Positions 25,331 to 33,397 of a DNA stretch of 64,000 nt are shown piece after piece (the first letter of the stretch is position 1; each line of letters opens with the position of its first letter). The notes beneath the pieces are model-generated. The model had not been told where the DNA came from and made no database searches. It saw only the letters and a list, made by a program, of their open reading frames with translations. The stretch is from the NCBI GenBank assembly GCA_031411295.1, contig JANOAV010000157.1, positions 96,001 to 160,000 on the forward strand, in the 5' to 3' direction. A program made the translations under genes and the position numbers. Origin of the DNA: Verrucomicrobiales bacterium. GTDB taxonomy: Bacteria; Verrucomicrobiota; Verrucomicrobiia; Verrucomicrobiales; V1-33.

Positions 25331-27219
25331 GGAGGCGGCGGGCTCTGGGGAGTATTCACTTTAGGCATCGGCGGCAAGTCCGCCGCCTCAGGCGCGGTGG
25401 GAGTATCTGGAGTGGAATCGGCGGTGGGTGTGGACGCGGCTGGCGGAGTGCTGGGGGCGGTTGGTGCCGCGGCGGGGGCTTTGGGCTCGGGCGTGGCCTC
25501 CTCTGGCGCGGGAGCCGCAGGTGGTGGTTGCGCGGCAGATGCGGGGGCACCATGATCTTCCAACCCTCGCTTCACATAGCCCTGAATCCAGAATTGCTGA
25601 TTGAGCATTCCAAACACATCCTTAACGTGAGTGCCCCCACCATCATGATCCGTTCCGCGCACGGGTTCGGGCAACTTGGCGATCAACGCTGGGTCCACCA
25701 AGATCACCTCAGCCGTGGGATCGACGCCCCGCGTGCCGCCAACGGCCACCACATCCGGCAGATAGGCTACGCTGGTAAATTTTCGCAGATACCACGGCAG
25801 AGGCCATCCGCCACTGGGCGAGGCAACTTCCATTCGCAGGGCATATCCGGCCGGACTCCGGGCCGCATAGCCTTCCAACCGCCGCACGATCGTATCCCGC
25901 AATCCAATGGGCGTGAAGCCATAGGCATAGGGATTGGCCGTGGAGGAATGCACATTCCGCGTGCGCAGCCAGGGCTGGTCCGTGGCATCATCTGCGAAGT
26001 TAACCCGATACGCCTGGAAGCCCAAGTGGCCCGCCCCAGCCAGCACCAAGGAAGCGAAGACCCATTTCCCCCAACTGGCATAGAGACTGTTCATAAAGCC
26101 ACCGACCCCAAATCCAGCCAGCAAAATCAAGGCAAAGTGCGTGGCCAGAATGCACCAAGGAGTCTTGTAACTGATCAACGAGTAGGCCGCCAGCGTGAGC
26201 ACCGCATAGCCAGTGAGGAACAGTCCAAACTCCCGATGATACCCTTTCCCCTGACCAAAAAAAGCGCGCACCATGCCGACCAAGGCAAAGAGCAGGATCA
26301 ACAATTCCGTCCAAATAAAGCCCCCGGCAGATTCGCCTTTCCAAAATTTTCCACCTTGATTCCAACCGAGCAATTGCAGGTAGTAATACCAAGGTTTCTC
26401 ATGCCCCTGGCCGCCCGCCCGGTCGGCATAGCTGAAGTAAGTCTTCACACTGTCGGCCACGCTTTCCAAGTGGGTGAATCCCTGACTGAAGCACGCCGCC
26501 GAAGTCATGCCAGCCACGACGAGGAACGTGATCCAATGTTTGGCAGAGATGGGTTCAGGCTTATTGCGATTGAGCACCAAGCCTCCGGAGAGATGCCGCA
26601 TGGTCATGGCCAGAATAGCCCCTCCCACCATGCCGGCCAGATGGATGACGAAGGTCTCCTTCGTGGCATGCATGAGGCCTACACTGATGGCACAAATCCA
26701 TAACCAGAACGGGTTGCGGGATAAATAAAACCGCCACCCGCCCGCCATGGCCGTGTAACTCAACAGCACCAGCAGCATTTCCATGATGAAATAGCGACTG
26801 TAGAAAACAAAGATGGGCGAGACCGCCAGGAACAGCGCAGACCAGCCCACAGCCATCCAGCCCAATCCGCTGCGCACTAATGGCAGCAGCAACAGCAGCC
26901 ACAACGAGAACCAGACGGGAACCAAGCGCAGATCGGATGCCGTTAGGTCAGCGAACGCTTTGTGGCCCCGGAAGTAATTGCGGATTTCGGCCGCATACAG
27001 ATTCGTGGGGCCGTGATGTTCCAGCGGATCGTATTTATACTGTCCCTGCATGAGATCGCGCAGTTTGATGGCCTGGGTGGTCTCATCCGTGTGCATTGGC
27101 CGCACTTCCAATTGAGGAAAACGCAAACTCCCCGCCACAAGGATGGCGAGTAGCAGCAGTAATAGAGCATAAAAAAATTCCCGCCGACCAGCCCGGGATT
27201 CAGAAGTGGATAATTTCAC
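25327..27219 (-). CDS. GT-C fold membrane protein (PMT_2 / Agl23-like) with Pro/Ala/Thr-rich tail
   Basis: RPMHTDE, YKYDPLEHHGP, YSRYFIME, ATKE, GHEKPWYYY, YKTPW and WPLPWYLR; about 11 TM segments. Confidence 0.8.
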   Translation of the reverse strand: MKLSTSESRAGRREFFYALLLLLLAILVAGSLRFPQLEVRPMHTDETTQAIKLRDLMQGQYKYDPLEHHGPTNLYAAEIRNYFRGHKAFADLTASDLRLVPVWFSLWLLLLLPLVRSGLGWMAVGWSALFLAVSPIFVFYSRYFIMEMLLVLLSYTAMAGGWRFYLSRNPFWLWICAISVGLMHATKETFVIHLAGMVGGAILAMTMRHLSGGLVLNRNKPEPISAKHWITFLVVAGMTSAACFSQGFTHLESVADSVKTYFSYADRAGGQGHEKPWYYYLQLLGWNQGGKFWKGESAGGFIWTELLILLFALVGMVRAFFGQGKGYHREFGLFLTGYAVLTLAAYSLISYKTPWCILATHFALILLAGFGVGGFMNSLYASWGKWVFASLVLAGAGHLGFQAYRVNFADDATDQPWLRTRNVHSSTANPYAYGFTPIGLRDTIVRRLEGYAARSPAGYALRMEVASPSGGWPLPWYLRKFTSVAYLPDVVAVGGTRGVDPTAEVILVDPALIAKLPEPVRGTDHDGGGTHVKDVFGMLNQQFWIQGYVKRGLEDHGAPASAAQPPPAAPAPEEATPEPKAPAAAPTAPSTPPAASTPTADSTPDTPTAPEAADLPPMPKVNTPQSPPPP

Positions 27220-27400
27220 AAGGGGTCAAGGCTAGCCACCTGAGCAGAAATGCAAGCCTGAGTTGAAAGTTTACCACCCATGGCCCATTCATGGAATTTC
27301 CTGAGCAAAACTGCTGGAGTTCAGGCTTCCGCCCGTTAGGCTTAAGGCTCCATCGCATCGGCAATTTTGCCAAACGCAGTCCATTTCCCAACGTCCCCAC

Positions 27401-28111
27401 ATGCTACCCTTCTCCCTGCCCACCGACTACAGCCGCATCAAGTTGGTATCTAGTTTTCAAGAACTTGTCTCCACAACATTTGGAAATGGCATCAACGCCC
27501 TGTGCTGGCAACGCTCTCTGCCAGGGGATTTCAGTGAGATCGTCTCCCTGCTGGGGGCGCGTGAAGGCATTACCAATTTAGACGAACCGCTCCTGCGCAG
27601 CCTGCCCGCAAGTCCAGCAGGCCGAATCGCAATCGATACCCTGCTAGCAGACCATCGGTTGCTCCAAGAGCACGGACTCCAACCGACGCTGGATTGCATC
27701 CAAGCCTACCCACGGGACGACGAACCCATCGTCGTCCCCATCGATGTTTACTCATTCCACGCGGACAGCGCCCCCGTTCAAGCGGACACTTACCTTTGCA
27801 CCTACTACGGTGCCCCCAGTGAAGGACTTCGCAACGACCAGGCCCAAGCCCGTGTGGAAGATCCCGCCACCCGGGCCGCACTACTCGATCTCCACGGCGG
27901 GGAAGACGACGACGCCTTCCGCGAATTCCTCAACGAGCACTGCTACGACCTCCACTACGCCCCCACCCCGGGTGCCCAGCCATTTTCCTTCGGCCTCGGC
28001 AACCTCTGGCGCATCGCTCTGGACTATCCCGGCAATCCGGTTCCCCCCTGCATCCACCGGGCTCCCACGACGGTCCCCGGACAGCCATCACGTTTACTTT
28101 TGATCAGTTAG
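27401..28111 (+). CDS. DUF1826-like protein, possible Fe(II) oxygenase fold
   Basis: FHAD...LCTYYG...IHRAP...RLLL pattern (HxD...H). Confidence 0.6.
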   Translation: MLPFSLPTDYSRIKLVSSFQELVSTTFGNGINALCWQRSLPGDFSEIVSLLGAREGITNLDEPLLRSLPASPAGRIAIDTLLADHRLLQEHGLQPTLDCIQAYPRDDEPIVVPIDVYSFHADSAPVQADTYLCTYYGAPSEGLRNDQAQARVEDPATRAALLDLHGGEDDDAFREFLNEHCYDLHYAPTPGAQPFSFGLGNLWRIALDYPGNPVPPCIHRAPTTVPGQPSRLLLIS

Positions 28112-28224
28112 AAATTCGGTTCCAGAGCCCCACACATTTGTTCACCGCCCCTCTTGACTGGAAGGCTGGTTCCCCTATCGCATTGCCTATCAGCGGAAAT
28201 TCTCCCTCAGCGATCAATCGCCTC

Positions 28225-29055
28225 ATGAACACACGTTTTGCCCCCAGTCCCACTGGTCATCTTCACCTCGGCCATGCCTATGCGGCTTGGGTGGCGGAGC
28301 ATTTTGCGAGATCCCAGCACGGAAAATTTTATCTGCGTCTGGAGGATATCGACGGCCCACGGTGTCGGGCGGAATATGAGACCGCCCTGATGGAGGACCT
28401 GACTTGGCTTGGGATCACGTGGGATCAGCCAGTCTGGCGGCAGAGTGAGCGGCTACCGACTTACGAGGCCGCGCTGATCCAGCTTCAGCAGATGGAACTG
28501 CTCTACCCATGCTTCTGCACCCGTCAGGAAATTACCGCTGCAACCTCTGCTCCACAAGGACCGGAAGGACCGCTGTATCCGGGAACTTGTCGCCCACTGT
28601 CCGCCGCGCAGAGAGCTGATTTCCTAGCCTCCGGGAAACCATTCGCGTGGCGATTGGATACTGCCGCTGCGAGCCACCACACCGGCCCCCTAACGTGGGA
28701 TGACCTGCGCCACGGCCGCTTCACCGCTCAGCCGGAATTGCTGGGCGATGTGGTCCTGGCCCGGAAGGACATCGCCACGAGCTACCACCTGGCCGTCACC
28801 GTGGACGATGCAGCCCAGGAAATTTCCCTGGTGACCCGAGGCGATGATCTATTGCTGTCCACCCATGTCCACCGGCTACTCCAAGCCTTGCTGGGGTTGC
28901 CCGTGCCTCAATGGTATCATCATCAACTCATTTGCGACGAAACCGGGCGTCGGCTGGCCAAGCGCGACCACGCCCGCAGCCTGCGCAGCTTACGTCAGGC
29001 GGGCTGGACACCGGACCGCGTGAGGGCAGAATTCCCGAAACTAGCGCGTGGCTGA
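28225..29055 (+). CDS. gluQ: Glutamyl-Q tRNA(Asp) synthetase
   Basis: TRFAPSPTGHLHLGH, LRLEDID, CFCTR, YPGTCR, YHLAVTVDD, RGDDL and RLAKR; no anticodon-binding domain. Confidence 0.93.
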   Translation: MNTRFAPSPTGHLHLGHAYAAWVAEHFARSQHGKFYLRLEDIDGPRCRAEYETALMEDLTWLGITWDQPVWRQSERLPTYEAALIQLQQMELLYPCFCTRQEITAATSAPQGPEGPLYPGTCRPLSAAQRADFLASGKPFAWRLDTAAASHHTGPLTWDDLRHGRFTAQPELLGDVVLARKDIATSYHLAVTVDDAAQEISLVTRGDDLLLSTHVHRLLQALLGLPVPQWYHHQLICDETGRRLAKRDHARSLRSLRQAGWTPDRVRAEFPKLARG

Positions 29056-29160
29056 GGTGGCTCATTGGAACCAGTTCCATTCCTCGAAAAAGTGGAAATT
29101 TCACTTAGGAAACCACCCTCACAGCACGCAATATGGGCCTGATTGCAATTCACCAAGTCT

Positions 29161-32100
29161 ATGCGCACCTTAATTTTTCGCTTCCTGCTCTCCACGCTCT
29201 GCTGCTCCCATCCATTATGGGCGGCGGCCGAGGCCTTGCCCGCTGGCACCGTCGTGGCCTCGCTGGAGGTTCAGCCTGCCAGCATCGAGCTGAAGCGCCC
29301 CACCGACTATGCGCAACTCTTGGTAACCGCCAAGCTCAATACTGGTGCAGCCGCCGATGTGACCCGAATGGTCAGCATTTCCCCAACTGTAACTTTCCTG
29401 CAAATCAGCCCCCATGGTCTGCTGCGCGCCACCGGAGATGGGGAAACAATCCTCACCCTAACGCTCAACGACAAATCCGTGATCGTGCCCGTTACTGTTA
29501 GTGGATTCACCCAACCATTCAGCTCGGACTATGTGCGCGATGTGATGCCGGTGCTCTCCAAAGCGGGTTGCAATGCCGGCACGTGTCATGGCTCCAAGGA
29601 AGGCAGGGCTGGCTTCAAGCTCTCCCTGCGCGGGTATGATCCCATCTATGATGTCCGCGCCTTTACTGATGACGCCAAGGGCCGACGCACCAATCTGGCT
29701 TCGCCCGACGATAGCCTCATGCTCTTGAAAGCCACAGGGGCCGTGCCGCACGAAGGACAGCAAGTGATGACGCCCGAGAGCGATTACTATCGCGTGCTGC
29801 GAACGTGGATCGCGAACGGAGCGAAGCTAAACCTGGACACTCCCCGGGTTAGCAAAATTGAAATTTCGCCCACCAAGCCGGTGGTTCAGCAAATTGGAAC
29901 CAAGCAGCAAATGCGCGTGGTGGCGACTTACGCAGACGGTTTAGTCAAAGACGTGACTGCCGAGGCCTTCATCGACAGCGGCAACCCCGAAGTCCTGACG
30001 GCTGATAAGACTGGTCTCATGACCAGCGTGCGGCGGGGCGAGGCCGCCATCCTCGCCCGGTTCGAGGGAAACTACGCCTCCACCGTCCTGACAGTCATGG
30101 GGGATCGGACCGGCTTCGTGTGGAACTCCCCGCCGATCAACAATGAAATCGACCGTTTTGTAAGCACCAAGCTCCAGCGCATGCAGACCGCCCAGAGTGG
30201 ACTCTGCACCGATGAAGAGTTCGTGCGACGCATCTATCTCGATCTCACCGGGTTGCCACCGCTCCCAGAAGACATTCGCACATTCCTAGCCGACACGCGC
30301 GATTCCCGCTGGAAACGTGAAGCCTTGATAGATCAGCTCATCGGCTCTGAACCTTGGGTCGAACAATGGTCTAACAAGTGGGCGGACCTCCTGCAAGTAA
30401 ACAGTAAATTTCTCGGGGGTGAAGGAGCCAAGCTCTTCCGGGAATGGATTCGCAAGGAAGTGGCCGCCAACACGCCCTACGATGAGTTCGTCCGCAAAAT
30501 CATTACCGCCACGGGGTCGAATCGCGAGCAGCCACCCGCCTCCTATTTTAAGATCCTGCGCGAGCCCACGGAAATGATGGAGAACACGACCCATTTATTT
30601 CTCGCCACGCGCTTCAATTGCAACAAATGCCACGACCATCCCTTCGAACGCTGGACGCAGGATCAATACTATCAGATGACCGCCTACTTCGCCCAGGTAG
30701 GTTTGGAACGCGATCCCGAAAGTGGGGATCGCAACATTGGAGGCACCGCCGTGGAAGGGGCTAAGCCATTATTTGAAAAGGTCGTCGACAAACCCTCAGG
30801 CGACACCAAGCACGAACGCACGGGTGCCATCACGCCACCGAAGTTTCCCTATGCGGCCAAGTTTGTCAGCCTGCCCGCGCCCCCCGCCAAACCAGATGCC
30901 AAACCGGAGCCGAGCACGCGACGCGCTGAACTAGCCAATTGGATTACCAGCGCCGACAACCAATATTTCGCCAAGAGCTTCACCAACCGCATCTTCGGCT
31001 ACCTCACCGGAACCGGACTCATTGAGCCACTGGACGACATCCGCGCCGGCAATCCAGCCTCGAATCCAGAACTGCTCGACTGGCTGACCCAGCAATTTAT
31101 CGCCAGCAAATTCAACGTGCGGGAACTCATGCGCCTCGTCTGCCAAAGCCGCGTCTATCAGCTCTCCATGGTAACCAATCAGTGGAATGAAGACGATCAG
31201 GTCAACTACAGCCACGGCAAAGTGCGGCGTTTACCCTCAGAGACTTTATATGATGCCATCTACCGCGTAACCGGAGCCACCTCTAACATTCCTGGCGTGG
31301 CCCCCGGCACGCGCGCTGCCGCCCTGCAGGACAGTCAGACTAATCCCACCGACGGCTTCCTCGTAAACCTCGGTCGCCCCGTGCGGGAGAGCGCCTGCGA
31401 ATGTGAACGCAGTGCTGACCTCCAGATGGGTCCCATCATGGCCCTCATCAGTGGCCCATCCGTAGGCGATGCGATCAGCCAACCCGGCAATGCCATCGCC
31501 AAGCTGGAAACCGAACACAAAGATGATCTCAAGCTGGTGCAGGAAATCTTCCTGCGTTTCATCGGACGTTTCCCCACGGACGCCGAAGCGAAATCCTCTC
31601 TGGATGCGATGAACAGTCACGCCGCTGAAAACGCGCAATTAGTAAAAGTCCTTGAGGAATACCGGGCCTCCATTGCGCCCCAACGCGATGCCATGGCGCA
31701 GAAGCGGGAAGCAGACATCGCTCAGGCCCAGGCAACGCTAGCAGCCTATCAAAAAGAAATCGCCCCCCGGCAAGCCGCATCCGAGCAACAACACCAAACC
31801 GCAATCGCAGCGGCCGAACTGTCCGTGCAGGTGCGGGAAACCGCCTTGCAGGCCGAACTGCCAGAATGGGAGAAATCCCGCCAGGGTCAGACCGCGTGGA
31901 ATTTGCTGGATCCACTAACCATGACCTCCTCGAAACCAAAGGCCGTGCTAACTCGAGAGGCAGACCGCAGCATCTTCAGCAGTGGCGCAGAAGGCAAACA
32001 AACCTGGACAGTCACCACTCCGCTCGACTCCCCCACCCTGACTGGCGTGCGACTGGAAGCCCTAACTGATCCCAGAATCCCCGCCAACGGCCCCGGCCGC

Positions 32101-33216
32101 AGCGGCATGGGCAATTTCGTGCTCACCGAGCTACAGGTATCCTACCTGCCAAAGATTTCCCCGGACTGGAAACTTGCTGCTGAAACGGATTTCACCAAGC
32201 CAAGCGAGTGGAAATCCACCAGCGCCTGCACCGTTGAGGCCAGTGAGAAGGGATTAGTGGTGAAGAACGCCCCGAACAGCCGCAAAGCCACCATCAACGG
32301 CCCCATTAAAGCAGGGGCTGGCGACTATGTCGCAGAGTTTGTCATTTCTGGACCTGCCAATCTGAAACATCGCCTCTACTGGACCACCCAGAAGGATTTC
32401 AACACCGCCGAACCTCGTAGCGCCGTCCCCGCTCAATCCTTCCAACAAGACAGCACCAGCACCGTGCAATTCGCCCTCAATGCTGACAGCGAACTCCTCG
32501 GCCTGCATCTCCAGACGGACAATGCCAACGTAACCTTCACGATCCAATCTCTCCGGGTCTATGCGGGCAAGCCTGCCACCGAGACGACGCTGGCGTTCAG
32601 CGATGCCCAAGCCACCTACAGTCAGGCTAATTTCGAAATTAAGAAAGCCATCGACGGGGAACTCAAGGCCAGCGACAACGGTTGGGCCATCATCCCTGAA
32701 GGCTCGGGCAAACCTCAGACTGCTTTCTTCACCACCAAAGACCCAGTCACCTTGCCCCCGGGCGGTGTGTGGCTGAAATTTGCCCTGATCCAAGAGTATC
32801 AAGACGGCAAACACATGCTGGGAAAATTCCGCCTCAGCGCCACTGACGCTGCGGCCCCCCTAAATTTCGGCCTCCCCCAAGATGTCGTCGAAGCCTTGGC
32901 GATAGCTCCCGCCCAACGCACCGAAGTCCAGCAGCAGATCATCTTCACCAACTACCGCAGCCAGGATGCGGAATACCAGAAGCGCCTCCTCGCCCTAAGC
33001 CAAGCTAAAAAGCCCCTGCCCGTAGATCCACAACTCGTCGGCTTGGAAACATCCTTGAAGAACGCGCAACTTCCTTTACCGCAAGATCGAACCTTAGCGC
33101 AATATGAAAGAGATCTTGAACTCAGTAAGCAGCAACTAATCAATCCCCGCCTTACAGGCGCGCAAGATCTCGGCTGGGCCTTGATCAACAGTCCCTCCTT
33201 CCTGTTTAACAGATAG
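29161..33216 (+). CDS. DUF1549/DUF1553 domain protein with Ig-like domains and a coiled-coil-borne insert
   Basis: Signal peptide; GCNAGTCHG, FVRRIYLDLTGLPP, CNKCHDHPF, NPASNPELLDWL, SACECER and terminal WALINSPSFLFN. Confidence 0.88.
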   Translation: MRTLIFRFLLSTLCCSHPLWAAAEALPAGTVVASLEVQPASIELKRPTDYAQLLVTAKLNTGAAADVTRMVSISPTVTFLQISPHGLLRATGDGETILTLTLNDKSVIVPVTVSGFTQPFSSDYVRDVMPVLSKAGCNAGTCHGSKEGRAGFKLSLRGYDPIYDVRAFTDDAKGRRTNLASPDDSLMLLKATGAVPHEGQQVMTPESDYYRVLRTWIANGAKLNLDTPRVSKIEISPTKPVVQQIGTKQQMRVVATYADGLVKDVTAEAFIDSGNPEVLTADKTGLMTSVRRGEAAILARFEGNYASTVLTVMGDRTGFVWNSPPINNEIDRFVSTKLQRMQTAQSGLCTDEEFVRRIYLDLTGLPPLPEDIRTFLADTRDSRWKREALIDQLIGSEPWVEQWSNKWADLLQVNSKFLGGEGAKLFREWIRKEVAANTPYDEFVRKIITATGSNREQPPASYFKILREPTEMMENTTHLFLATRFNCNKCHDHPFERWTQDQYYQMTAYFAQVGLERDPESGDRNIGGTAVEGAKPLFEKVVDKPSGDTKHERTGAITPPKFPYAAKFVSLPAPPAKPDAKPEPSTRRAELANWITSADNQYFAKSFTNRIFGYLTGTGLIEPLDDIRAGNPASNPELLDWLTQQFIASKFNVRELMRLVCQSRVYQLSMVTNQWNEDDQVNYSHGKVRRLPSETLYDAIYRVTGATSNIPGVAPGTRAAALQDSQTNPTDGFLVNLGRPVRESACECERSADLQMGPIMALISGPSVGDAISQPGNAIAKLETEHKDDLKLVQEIFLRFIGRFPTDAEAKSSLDAMNSHAAENAQLVKVLEEYRASIAPQRDAMAQKREADIAQAQATLAAYQKEIAPRQAASEQQHQTAIAAAELSVQVRETALQAELPEWEKSRQGQTAWNLLDPLTMTSSKPKAVLTREADRSIFSSGAEGKQTWTVTTPLDSPTLTGVRLEALTDPRIPANGPGRSGMGNFVLTELQVSYLPKISPDWKLAAETDFTKPSEWKSTSACTVEASEKGLVVKNAPNSRKATINGPIKAGAGDYVAEFVISGPANLKHRLYWTTQKDFNTAEPRSAVPAQSFQQDSTSTVQFALNADSELLGLHLQTDNANVTFTIQSLRVYAGKPATETTLAFSDAQATYSQANFEIKKAIDGELKASDNGWAIIPEGSGKPQTAFFTTKDPVTLPPGGVWLKFALIQEYQDGKHMLGKFRLSATDAAAPLNFGLPQDVVEALAIAPAQRTEVQQQIIFTNYRSQDAEYQKRLLALSQAKKPLPVDPQLVGLETSLKNAQLPLPQDRTLAQYERDLELSKQQLINPRLTGAQDLGWALINSPSFLFNR

Positions 33217-33397
33217 GGAAGCGGCAGCGCTGGTCGCGGCTGGCGAGGCTGATTTTAACCCTGCGGCCTCTGTGCGGCGGTTAAACGTGAACTCATCATT
33301 AAATTGCTAGTATTAATAGTTTAGGCTTGCCGTCTCACGTCAATCTGATAGAAGCTAGGGAAACAAAGGGTGAATTACTTCCCTTTGCCCCCTCCTC

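Noticed and set aside
25528..26703. 391-aa plus-strand ORF (and similar long ORFs at 9814-10647, 55525-56286, 56631-57545 and 59291-60235)
   Set aside because: Each lies antisense to well-supported genes and has no recognisable motifs; typical shadow ORFs of GC-rich DNA.
29133..29148. Possible sigma-54 site TGGGCCTGATTGCA
   Set aside because: GG-to-GC spacing is 8 or less, not the required 10.
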